Assembly: GCA_020639315.1 (NCBI GenBank)
Contig: JACKGM010000002.1
Location: 222,321-286,320 of the forward strand
Length of the DNA: 64,000 bases
Source: Candidatus Nomurabacteria bacterium
GTDB lineage: Bacteria > Patescibacteriota > Saccharimonadia > JAGOAT01
Direction of reading: 5' to 3'
The position numbers and the translations under genes are program-made. How positions within the stretch are numbered: position 1 is the first letter of the stretch; each line of letters opens with the position of its first letter. This document shows, one piece after another, positions 20,492 through 29,463 of this stretch. The notes beneath the pieces are model-generated. The model did no database searches, had not been told where the DNA came from, and was given only the letters and a program-made list of their open reading frames with translations.

Positions 20492-20619
20492 CTGACTATC
20501 AAAAGAGTTAATATCTTAATTATACAATAATACATTAAATTCTACAATTCTATAATCGGGTATCTATTCACCACCCCGAGTAAATAAGCCTAGTCTCTAG
20601 TTGCCACTCTACACTATCG

Positions 20620-20820
20620 TCAGTGAGTTAGCTTAAGAGCAAAACACAATTCCTCCAGTCTTTGCCCTTGATCAGGATCATTGATCTCTAATACTTGTTT
20701 ACAATCCAGATTTTCGAGCAGACTTAAAATAATTGGTTGGGTTTCGGTACTAACAATGATTGATTTGTCTTGACCATCTCTCGTCTGATAATTAATCTTG
20801 ATCGGGCTTTTTGGGTTCAT
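20620..20820 (-). CDS. Small hypothetical protein
   Basis: AAGGAAG RBS 4 nt before the ATG at 20820, immediately after a terminator hairpin. The ORF-track start at 20838 would lie inside the hairpin. Confidence 0.4.
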   Translation of the reverse strand: MNPKSPIKINYQTRDGQDKSIIVSTETQPIILSLLENLDCKQVLEINDPDQGQRLEELCFALKLTH

Positions 20821-20836
20821 TTTCTTCCTTTCAAAC

Positions 20837-20864
20837 AAAAACCCCGCCAGTCTGGCGGGGTTTT
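20837..20864. terminator. Bidirectional rho-independent terminator
   Basis: AAAA-CCCCGCCAG-T-CTGGCGGGG-TTTT, with T/A runs on both sides. Confidence 0.75.
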
Positions 20865-21011
20865 GCTTATTGATCTAATTTTATTTGCTTCTAGACAACA
20901 AACTCCCGCCGTTTACCAATCACGGCTTTAAGAATTATCGCTAGAATCACTTGTCGCATATAGCTATTTTAGTCCCTTAGATTGGACTAGTCAAGACTGG
21001 TTAATTGATTT

Positions 21012-21173
21012 ATAGCAAGATCAAAACAAAACCGGACAATTTGAGCTGTACTATAGAGAACTAGAAAGGTAGTTATTCTTAAGAGCCATATTCATAGATA
21101 TGGTGAGTAAGAAAACTAGCTTTATAGACTCTAGAGTTGGGTCAAAAGTCTGGTTTTGGTTTTAACTTGCTAT
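21012..21173. mobile_element. MITE-like element, short copy 1 (~162 bp)
   Basis: Near-identical to 28959-29122. Imperfect ~30-bp terminal inverted repeats: ATAGCAAGATCAAAACAAAACCGGACAATTTG / CAAAAGTCTGGTTTTGGTTTTAACTTGCTAT. Confidence 0.75.
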
Positions 21174-21649
21174 ATATCAGCTGACCCTTGGTGTGTTCTT
21201 ACAAAAACCTGGTCTATTCCAGCGCCTAGACGGTATCTTGCTGGGAAAAGCCCAGTTGTCTCAGAAGTCTTGTCATTAAATACCTGAGTAAACAATGCCT
21301 CTGAGTCTTTTTCGTCTATCAATATAGCACTTAGCCCAGCTTGATCTTTCTTCTTAGTCTTGAAATTAATTATTATCTCTTCTGATGAAAATCGCAGCCC
21401 TGTTATAACTAAATCATTAGCAGCATCTTTCTGATGGACTACTCCATAGAGAAAACTCAGTAGCTCCTGCTCTGTCCAGAATACACCATACCATATATCA
21501 TCTTCTTCTTTGCCAAAACTACTTACCAAGGAGTCATAAACAAATCCTTCATTTACCCCCCCCTGTGCAAATAATCCCCCGATGAACTTCTCTACTCTCT
21601 GGTCTTTATATTCACCATATTCACCTGTTTCTAACTCCAATCCGCTCAT
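21170..21649 (-). CDS. Hypothetical protein
   Basis: 159-aa ORF; its stop codon lies inside the MITE terminus. Confidence 0.45.
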   Translation of the reverse strand: MSGLELETGEYGEYKDQRVEKFIGGLFAQGGVNEGFVYDSLVSSFGKEEDDIWYGVFWTEQELLSFLYGVVHQKDAANDLVITGLRFSSEEIIINFKTKKKDQAGLSAILIDEKDSEALFTQVFNDKTSETTGLFPARYRLGAGIDQVFVRTHQGSADI

Positions 21650-21734
21650 ACTATCTCCCAGTTAATTACCCCGATTATACCATATACTACAATATATAGC
21701 AAATGTAACTCCAGTGACCACATCCTTCTTCTGC

Positions 21735-22418
21735 TCAATGTATAGCCACGACCATCCCAATCCTCTCACCCCTTTCTCGGGCCTTGACTTCAAAATATGT
21801 CTCTATCTTAGACCCTTGAGGCAAAGCTTGCTGACTCACTTGATCAATATCTACTACCCTCTGGATAATCTCCCATCCCAAACTTGCCTCGAATTGTTCC
21901 AAGCTATACTGATATAGCTCTGAGCTATCAGTCTTGAGTATCACCTCTCCCCCTGGCTTTAAAATGTTTCGATAAATATCTAAAAATCCCGGGTGGGTCA
22001 GGCGATGCTTGGCATTTCTTTGCTTTGGTTGGGGATCAGGAAATGTTAGCCAGATCTGATCAAGTGTGCTCGGAGCAAAATACTCTTTTAGCTCTTGCCC
22101 ATTACCCCTGACTAGTATCAAATTGGTGATCTGCTCTTCAAGTATTTTCTGGCCAGCCCGCCAAAGTCTTTCCCCCTGAATATCCAAAGCAACATATAGT
22201 CTTTGATGATTAAGCTTAGCTAGACCAATACTAAGATCCGCACTACCACAACCCAGCTCCAATACTACCCCTGCTTGTTCCCTATCTAAAATCAACTTCT
22301 GTAGCCCAACTATCCGATCAACTCGATCCTGATTTGACCTATATCTACTCTTGCTCAAATCATGATAAAAAGGATAACAATCCACTTCTGCAAACCGAAC
22401 TAGTTTTTTCCGAGCCAA
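21735..22418 (-). CDS. trmB: tRNA (guanine-N7)-methyltransferase
   Basis: LELGCGSADL SAM motif; WLTFPDPQPKQRNAKHRL. Confidence 0.9.
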   Translation of the reverse strand: MARKKLVRFAEVDCYPFYHDLSKSRYRSNQDRVDRIVGLQKLILDREQAGVVLELGCGSADLSIGLAKLNHQRLYVALDIQGERLWRAGQKILEEQITNLILVRGNGQELKEYFAPSTLDQIWLTFPDPQPKQRNAKHRLTHPGFLDIYRNILKPGGEVILKTDSSELYQYSLEQFEASLGWEIIQRVVDIDQVSQQALPQGSKIETYFEVKARERGERIGMVVAIH

Positions 22419-22420
22419 TT

Positions 22421-24187
22421 CTATTGAGGGTTAGAAATAATTGGGTTATCCCACTCAGGATGTCTGTACAGCGGTTGGTTCAGCAATTTCTGATCAATAT
22501 GATGAGCAATCAACCCCATGCTTCTAGCCCAAATAAAAAATCCATTGAATAAATCTGCCTGAATATAACTCTGAATACCTTGCTGATCAATCCCAATATC
22601 CTGCATAATATCGAGCAAACAAACTGCCAAAGCTCCATCGACATTGAGAACCAAGTTGTCTTTTTTGCGCAGAGTAATATTTTCCACCTCCAAAGCAAAA
22701 TCCAAATGGGGACTATGATCCAGGTTGGACTTCAGGAAATCAATTAATCGTTTGGTCCTCAGATCAGGATTAGTTCTAGAATACTTAAGATGCCCTATCC
22801 CTGGTATCAATACCTTGTCTTGCTTCATCTTACTGACAAATTCCTCCGGACTCAGACCTTGGCTAACCGCGATTGAGAAGTAGGTTGCAGCACCAGTGAT
22901 TGCACCCCCAAACCTCGGCCCAATGGTTAGCAGTCCACTGGCAAGCGAGCTTGCCAAATCCTTGCCAGCTCTGGCAGTCACAATTGTATTATGGGCCCCA
23001 CTGACCAGAGGACCATGATCAATAATCAGCTTGATAGCTAGCTCGATCCAGTCAGCTTGCCACTGCTTGACTGGTCTTTGCAGCCAAAGGTCTGCGATAA
23101 TCTCTCCAAATCCTTGCTTGCTACCAGCTTGGTAATCATAATCAACAGTCGAAATAATACTTGGTGTATAACGCAAGTCTCCGGCCACTATCGCCTGATT
23201 GAATTCTTGATAATAGTGATTAATTGAGCGGGTATTATCCAAAACGCCCTGATCCCTAATCGCCTTAGCTAAATCTTGATACTTTCTGACCACCAAGACC
23301 CCTGCCTCCTCTAGTCTGGCCAACTTATAATCTGGCATCTCTTGCTCTTGATTGGCCTTAGCCCCAGCGTGACCAAACTGGATCTCCCGATTGAGACCCC
23401 TAGACCCGGAGCCAATAATATGACAAATCACTACCTTGTCAGTTGGATTGTCTTTTAGATACTTTGCTACCTGATTCTCCTGAATTCCCCCAATTTCCCC
23501 CAAGATAACTATTAGCCTAATCCGAGGATTATCAATCATCCTAGCCAAGTGATCGACTAGCCTACTTGCTGGGTAGCGGTCTCCGCCGACCGCTATTGCC
23601 TCAGTAACCCCATCACTATTCTTGTCAATCATTGTCATTAGCTCGTTGAGCATCCCTCCCGACTTTGAGATTAATCCTACACTCCCAGGCTGATCCAGTC
23701 TCGTTCTTAAGACATTATCAATCGTGCCTCCCGCATGACTGATCTTAAATTTGCCAGCGATCAAAGCTCCTACACTCGCAGGTCCGATGATGGTTACTTC
23801 CCTTTCCGTGGCAAGTTTTGCAATCTTTCTAGCCTCTCTCTCACTCACCCCTTCAGCCAAAATTGCCATTAACTTCAAGTATTTATTTTTTAGCATTTCT
23901 AGTGTTGCCTGATAAGCAGAGCGTGAAGATGCCATATTGACACCAATCCTAGCTTTTAGACCCGATTCAATTGCCTGATCAACCGACCTAAAAGTCGGCA
24001 ACAGGATATCAAGTTTTCCCCACTTATAGACTTGCTTGGTACCACCAAAAGGATCAATTACTGCAACAATGCTTGGTTGTTGCTTTTTGACCAAATTGTC
24101 ATAGTCTAGCATTGTCTGGATTGCTTGCTTGTGCTGACCATAGACTATTACTTGATCCTGATAATCAAACTGAAATGGCTTACTCAT
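22421..24187 (-). CDS. aclA: ATP-citrate lyase alpha-like subunit (CoA-binding/ligase + citrate-synthase-like domain)
   Basis: EIQFGHAGAKANQEQE (phospho-His loop as in ACLY) and DHGPLVSGAHNTIVTARAGKDLASSLASGLLTIGPRFGG. Confidence 0.8.
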   Translation of the reverse strand: MSKPFQFDYQDQVIVYGQHKQAIQTMLDYDNLVKKQQPSIVAVIDPFGGTKQVYKWGKLDILLPTFRSVDQAIESGLKARIGVNMASSRSAYQATLEMLKNKYLKLMAILAEGVSEREARKIAKLATEREVTIIGPASVGALIAGKFKISHAGGTIDNVLRTRLDQPGSVGLISKSGGMLNELMTMIDKNSDGVTEAIAVGGDRYPASRLVDHLARMIDNPRIRLIVILGEIGGIQENQVAKYLKDNPTDKVVICHIIGSGSRGLNREIQFGHAGAKANQEQEMPDYKLARLEEAGVLVVRKYQDLAKAIRDQGVLDNTRSINHYYQEFNQAIVAGDLRYTPSIISTVDYDYQAGSKQGFGEIIADLWLQRPVKQWQADWIELAIKLIIDHGPLVSGAHNTIVTARAGKDLASSLASGLLTIGPRFGGAITGAATYFSIAVSQGLSPEEFVSKMKQDKVLIPGIGHLKYSRTNPDLRTKRLIDFLKSNLDHSPHLDFALEVENITLRKKDNLVLNVDGALAVCLLDIMQDIGIDQQGIQSYIQADLFNGFFIWARSMGLIAHHIDQKLLNQPLYRHPEWDNPIISNPQ

Positions 24188-25322
24188 TCAATAAATACTC
24201 CTCAAAGGTATCTGGTATCTCTACCTCTAGCCCATAAACATAGTTGCTAATTCCCGCATCATCAAGAAATTGCTTGATTTTTTTTAGCCCAATCTGGTCA
24301 TTGGGTCCTCCTCTACGAACAATCACGGTAATGCCTTGATCGACTAGCTCTCTTTTCAACTGCTCCAACGCCTGAATTATGCCTGTAAAAGTCTTGGCTA
24401 CATCAGTGAAGTTTGCATTCCCTCCTGCGACCAACAAAATTTTAGCTTTAGCCTTACTCTCAAGCATTGCTTGAGCCACTAGCTTTGCGTATTGATAAGT
24501 TTCTTCTACACCAGGATTACCACTATACTCTCCGTAAAATCCAATCTGGTTAATACCAAACTTATCTGAAATCAAATCAAAATAAACAATACTCGCTCCG
24601 CCTCCTGCAATCATCGGCCAGACCCGACCATCTGGGTTTAAACTAGTATACTTGAGCGAAGCTCCACTCATATGATCTAGCTGACTAATTGCCTGTTCGA
24701 TTGGACTAGTGGCATTGTGATTCTCGTACAGATAGTTATCCCCCGCTTCAGAATCCAAGCGAACCTTAAAATCCAATGGCACTAAGCCTAGATCAGTTAC
24801 CGCCAATGGGTTGATTTCCAAGAAAGCCAACCCCTTATCTATAAAAAATCGGTAATAATCTTTAATTTCGTGATAATACTGATGCTCCTTCAGACTTTCC
24901 AGCTCCTGATCATCCAGATCTACTTGATACTGCTCGAGCTGATCCCAATTGTTCTCGATCTCTATCCCACCTTGCCTACTAAATCGTATTAGATCATACC
25001 CAGCCATAGTTTCAAAAGATAAATAATATTCCTGATCATGCTTGACTAGTGGCTGAATAATGAACCTATCCGCCATCGAACCAAGATTGTCAGTAATAAA
25101 TCTATTAGCTTCCTCTGGGTTAACACCCACCTTGATCATTCCTTTTTTCATTCTACCAGAGACAAGTGTATCTGCCTTGACCACGTATTGTGCTTGATTA
25201 TCCAAAGCTTTAAGCATTGACAAGTCATCACTACTACTGACCACAACCGAATGATTGCTTGACCTGGTAAATTTTGCATACAATTCTCTAGTTTGCGATT
25301 CTGTGATTTTAATTTGTGCCAT
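24180..25322 (-). CDS. aclB: ATP-citrate lyase beta-like (ATP-grasp) subunit
   Basis: N-terminus MAQIKITESQTRELYAKF... parallels the ACLY N-terminal ATP-grasp region. 8-nt overlap with aclA. Confidence 0.75.
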   Translation of the reverse strand: MAQIKITESQTRELYAKFTRSSNHSVVVSSSDDLSMLKALDNQAQYVVKADTLVSGRMKKGMIKVGVNPEEANRFITDNLGSMADRFIIQPLVKHDQEYYLSFETMAGYDLIRFSRQGGIEIENNWDQLEQYQVDLDDQELESLKEHQYYHEIKDYYRFFIDKGLAFLEINPLAVTDLGLVPLDFKVRLDSEAGDNYLYENHNATSPIEQAISQLDHMSGASLKYTSLNPDGRVWPMIAGGGASIVYFDLISDKFGINQIGFYGEYSGNPGVEETYQYAKLVAQAMLESKAKAKILLVAGGNANFTDVAKTFTGIIQALEQLKRELVDQGITVIVRRGGPNDQIGLKKIKQFLDDAGISNYVYGLEVEIPDTFEEYLLNE

Positions 25323-25323
25323 T

Positions 25324-25944
25324 TTAGTCCTGCCAAGAGACTTGATATCGATCGGGGTGAGCCAGTAAATCCCTTAGCTCATCTAGTCTATCTGTCAACA
25401 TATAGGACTCAAGTAGTCTTGGTGGGTAGATAAATTGTTCCTCACGAATCATCTGGATAATCTCTTCCAGGCTATAATCCTGAACGGTCAAGCTCTCTCC
25501 GGGCTCTAACTGAGGTTCAACCCATTTGACTTCGACTCTTGCTACTACCTGATGAAAGAACCATTCCAATGCCCCCATCCGATAAGTCATCACATGATAA
25601 TAATCTTTCATAATTAGGCCTGCTTCTTCCATTAGTTCACGTTTGGCAGCATCAACAATCGATTCACCCTTCTCTCTTGTGCCAGACATTATTACCTTGC
25701 CAGCTGTACCCCAATGGGGTTGTTCTTCATTGGCTATCAAAATCTTTCCGTTGTCTAAGACTGGAATGATGCTAACGGTATCTGGCCGCTGGATAATAGT
25801 AAAGTCTCGTGAGTTGCCCTGATAATCTACTATTGGAGTTTTGTAAATTTTAAACAGATACTGCTCTGCTACTAGTCTCGATCCTGGCTCTCTACTAAAC
25901 CTTTTAATACTCTTGGGCAACCTGTTGACACTCATTTCTACCAT
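25324..25944 (-). CDS. NUDIX hydrolase
   Basis: Nudix box GTREKGESIVDAAKRELMEEAGL. Confidence 0.85.
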   Translation of the reverse strand: MVEMSVNRLPKSIKRFSREPGSRLVAEQYLFKIYKTPIVDYQGNSRDFTIIQRPDTVSIIPVLDNGKILIANEEQPHWGTAGKVIMSGTREKGESIVDAAKRELMEEAGLIMKDYYHVMTYRMGALEWFFHQVVARVEVKWVEPQLEPGESLTVQDYSLEEIIQMIREEQFIYPPRLLESYMLTDRLDELRDLLAHPDRYQVSWQD

Positions 25945-25982
25945 TATACCATGCCAACCACTCTCCTCAAAAACCCCAGTTT

Positions 25983-26042
25983 CAAGGGCACCCCTTGACC
26001 TTTTTGATCTGTTGACTATTGCCTTTTCAAGGGCACCCCTTG
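25983..26042. repeat. Palindrome doublet, family 1
   Basis: Arms at 25983-25997 and 26028-26042, centres 45 bp apart. Confidence 0.9.
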
Positions 26043-26109
26043 AAAAAACGAGTTTAAAAAAATTAGACTAATAACCCTACTGGGATAAGCCTATTTACTA
26101 AACCTTAAT

Positions 26110-27393
26110 CTAAAGACTTAGGCCGACTTCACCTGTCGGCAATTGGCAAAAGTTTGTACTGGGGTTCATCAAGTCACTAAAGGTATTACTGTTCAAGATC
26201 AGATTTTCGACTGGTCGGTATTTTTGACCGTCAAATAAGATTGCGTGGGGAGCTGGCAAAGAATAATCGCCAGTAATTGCCTGTGCAGTATGGATCCCCA
26301 AGAGTGAAGGAATGATTAGTATCGACTCTTTACTTGACAACAATTCTTGCCATTTGATTAAGCTTGACGGCAAACAATCCCCCAAGCTTTCCAGGTGAGT
26401 TGCTGGATAATGATACTTTTGAGACAATTTCAGATCTAGGATCGGTGTCACCAATCGACCGTCCTTAACCAAATCAAGCTTTTTACCGGTAATCCCACCT
26501 GAGCCAAAATTGTAGCTCCGATAATCATAATCAACCAGCTGATCTATCTTAAGATCAAAGCCCGGATGGGCTACAAGTTTCTTGCCAAAATCTTCAAATC
26601 CAAACCTTGACTGACCAGCCTCTATACTAGTACCAATGAGGTTAGCTAGTAGCAATTGATCTAGTAACTCCTCCCAACATCCTGGCAACAAAACTACCCG
26701 TGAATTCTTGACTGCCGAGTCTTGATGATATAAAGATTTAGCTTGATAACCTTGACTAAGTCTACCGTAATATTCCAATCTCTTAATAGTGCTACTAATA
26801 TCAATCGGCCTTAGTGACCTCTGACTAAACCCTACTCTGCTATCCAGGTCTACCAGGATACTTTCATGACTATAACGATCATGCCAATCAACTCCATCCG
26901 AGTTAACTAGTCTATAACTACTAAAATCAACTTGCCTGAGGCCATAATTCGTCTGGCTAAAACTTTTGGTCAAGCTAGAAATTCTTGCGACCTCCTCTAT
27001 CCTGGTGGCAAAATCCTGCCCCCAGGCTTCTAGCTGTGACTTATCAAACAATTTGACATACTTTTCAAGCTTTGAGCTGGCGAATACGATTGGTGTCTTA
27101 CTGGTATAGGCCAACTGCTTGGCTCTGTTCTCTAGCTCAGTAATATCAGGCAAGTAGCCAAATTCCAGCTTTGCTTGTCTCTGATCGGTCAGTTTGAGCC
27201 TGATCTCTACTCGCATAATCTGACTATGCTTAATCGGATCATAAAGGTCAGCAAAGTAGTCTTGATCAAAACCAACTCTAATCTTGTGATTATTCTCCAA
27301 ATATATTTGATACCCCTCAAACAAGCTAGACTTTTCTAGCTCGGTCTGAAGTTTTTCAAGCTTATATGACAGCAGGTCATTATCAATCATCAC
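26110..27393 (-). CDS. pmbA: PmbA/TldE-like metalloprotease partner
   Basis: TldD/PmbA-family length and C-terminal pattern; 4-nt overlap with tldD. Confidence 0.7.
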   Translation of the reverse strand: MMIDNDLLSYKLEKLQTELEKSSLFEGYQIYLENNHKIRVGFDQDYFADLYDPIKHSQIMRVEIRLKLTDQRQAKLEFGYLPDITELENRAKQLAYTSKTPIVFASSKLEKYVKLFDKSQLEAWGQDFATRIEEVARISSLTKSFSQTNYGLRQVDFSSYRLVNSDGVDWHDRYSHESILVDLDSRVGFSQRSLRPIDISSTIKRLEYYGRLSQGYQAKSLYHQDSAVKNSRVVLLPGCWEELLDQLLLANLIGTSIEAGQSRFGFEDFGKKLVAHPGFDLKIDQLVDYDYRSYNFGSGGITGKKLDLVKDGRLVTPILDLKLSQKYHYPATHLESLGDCLPSSLIKWQELLSSKESILIIPSLLGIHTAQAITGDYSLPAPHAILFDGQKYRPVENLILNSNTFSDLMNPSTNFCQLPTGEVGLSL

Positions 27394-28925
27394 GCTAGAC
27401 TAACCTCTGAATCTTTTCTTAATAGTAAATACTGATGTGAACCTGCATCCACCGGTACTAGTTGACCAGCCTTACCGCAATAGCCACTAGAACTCTTGGT
27501 TTCCAGTTTGCCAAATCCATACTCAACACTCTTGAGCGCACTATCCACCTTGCCCGAAAAGCTCACAGGTTTATAGGCCTTATACCCCTCAGAATTTAAT
27601 AGGTAGACATAGCTAGTACCAAACATAAAGCTTCCCTCTTTGGTCTCAACCTGCCCACCAGGACATCCAAGAATCAAGACAATCTCTTGATAATTTTCAA
27701 ACCAACCCTGATCGAGCAAGAATTCTTGGATCTGACGAGGTTGGTAGCTAGCAAAATCCCCCTTTACTACCCTGCTCTTGTCAAGCTCGATATAGGTGTT
27801 TGACATCCTCGGCACTGCCACTGACTGATAGTCTTGGCTTCTCTCAGCATTAGTGCTTCTTAAGGCTTTAGTTTTACTAGCAGATACTTGATCCCCCAGT
27901 CCATCCTCGATCTTTCCACTGGTAATCAAATTGGCCTTCTTTCTAACATTACCAAATCCACTATACGGGACAAACCCATGCCATTGGTCAGACTGATAAT
28001 CAACCAGATTTAGATAGGGACTAGCAAACTCTGCTCCTACTTTATAATGCCCGGATTGATCACCCAAGATACTGGATCTTTGCAAAACATGATCTAGCTC
28101 AGATGCATGACCAAAGGCCTCATGAGCAAGGGTACCGCTCAGATCAGAGTCTATTAGTAGGTGGTAGCTTCCAGCACTGATCTCCTCTGCTCCAAATTGA
28201 TCGATAAGTAGCCCAATCTCAACCTTAATATTAGCCAAAAACTGCCCAAGTGTATCTAGTAATGCAGAGTAGCTATTTGCCAGATGTTTAAGATAGCCGC
28301 CCAGCTGTTCTCCAGCTTTTGTAAGCGTAACCTGAGTCACCACCCTAGCTCTACCTAATTGGTAGCCAATATCAGTCCCATCGCTCCTGACTATTCTCCA
28401 AGTCTCGACCTCAAGGGTCAGACCTAGACTTTGATGGATTTGAATTTCCTGATTATCATCAATTAACTGCTCAGTTTGCTTCGCAAGTGATGATAGTAGC
28501 CTCTCTGCTTCAGCACTATCTACCAGATCTATTTCTAGCTCGGTATATAGCTGGCCCTGATCCCAAGCCAGCTTCTGATCCTTTGGTTCTTGCTCTAATC
28601 TAGCTAGCTTTGAGCCCAATCTTGAGTTTGGATAACTATCCAGCTTGTCAATCTCTGCTTGCAGTATATCAGCGACCAAACTAAGGTCATTACTGACTAC
28701 AAACCCTAGCTTTTGACCTTTGATAATATAAATACTTACCCCTATCTCGCTACTAGAATCTGCTGAACTTATCTCCTGATTACTATAACGCCACCTTCTC
28801 TCCTCAAGCGACTGAAAACGTATAATTAGATAGCAATTTGTTTGTTTGCCGATATCAAGCAGCTTACGAATCAAACCATCTAGCTGATCGTTGTCTAAAC
28901 TAGTGTTAACTCGTTTTCTAAACAT
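27390..28925 (-). CDS. tldD: TldD-like zinc metalloprotease
   Basis: HEAFGHASELDH (HExxxH) in the TldD context. Confidence 0.85.
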   Translation of the reverse strand: MFRKRVNTSLDNDQLDGLIRKLLDIGKQTNCYLIIRFQSLEERRWRYSNQEISSADSSSEIGVSIYIIKGQKLGFVVSNDLSLVADILQAEIDKLDSYPNSRLGSKLARLEQEPKDQKLAWDQGQLYTELEIDLVDSAEAERLLSSLAKQTEQLIDDNQEIQIHQSLGLTLEVETWRIVRSDGTDIGYQLGRARVVTQVTLTKAGEQLGGYLKHLANSYSALLDTLGQFLANIKVEIGLLIDQFGAEEISAGSYHLLIDSDLSGTLAHEAFGHASELDHVLQRSSILGDQSGHYKVGAEFASPYLNLVDYQSDQWHGFVPYSGFGNVRKKANLITSGKIEDGLGDQVSASKTKALRSTNAERSQDYQSVAVPRMSNTYIELDKSRVVKGDFASYQPRQIQEFLLDQGWFENYQEIVLILGCPGGQVETKEGSFMFGTSYVYLLNSEGYKAYKPVSFSGKVDSALKSVEYGFGKLETKSSSGYCGKAGQLVPVDAGSHQYLLLRKDSEVSLA

Positions 28926-28958
28926 TTACCCATCATAGCGTATAGTATTCTAAAAACA

Positions 28959-29122
28959 TATAGCAAGCTCAAACAAAACCGGACAATTTGAGCTGTACTA
29001 TAGAGAACTATAAAGGTAGTTCTTCTTAAGAGCCATATCCATATAGGTATGGTGAGTAAGAAAACTAGCTTGATAGACCCTAGAGTTGGGTCAAAAGTCT
29101 GGTTTTGTTTTTAACTTGCTAT
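28959..29122. mobile_element. MITE-like element, short copy 2, abutting the 3' end of rnpB
   Basis: Aligns end to end with 21012-21173; ends ...AACTTGCTAT immediately before the rnpB P1 3' strand. Confidence 0.75.
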
Positions 29123-29457
29123 GGGAGGTAGCTGGCTATAAGCCGAATTCTGTCCAACACATTTAGTGTCTGGATAATCATTTATCTTAGCGTCATACCC
29201 TTAGGCCAATTACTTGACCTAGACGGCGAGCAGCCTGGGTCCATTAGACTTGCAGCAGACAGGGTTTACCCCTAGATTATGTCGCCATAATCTACTGTGA
29301 GCTCTTACCTCACTCTTTTCACCCTTACCCGCAATGGGCGGTATTGTCTCTGTGGCACTTTCCCTAGGATTGCTCCTGGTCACAGTTAGTGACTGTCTTT
29401 GCTCTGAGCTGTTCGGACTTTCCTCCGCCAAAGCGGCGATTACCCACCAACTACCAT
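29123..29457 (-). ncRNA. rnpB: RNase P RNA, bacterial type A
   Basis: The minus strand contains GGAGGAAAGUCCGAAC (CR-I), GUGCCACAGAGACAAUACCGCC, GGUAAGGGUGAAAAGAGUGAGGUAAGAGCUCAC, GGUAAACCC and ACAGAAUUCGGCUUAU (CR-V). P1 pairs GGUAGUUGG with CCAGCUACC. Confidence 0.93.
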
Positions 29458-29463
29458 CCTAAA

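Noticed and set aside
29219-29431. 70-aa ORF on the minus strand
   Set aside because: It lies entirely inside the RNase P RNA gene, whose conserved regions explain the sequence.
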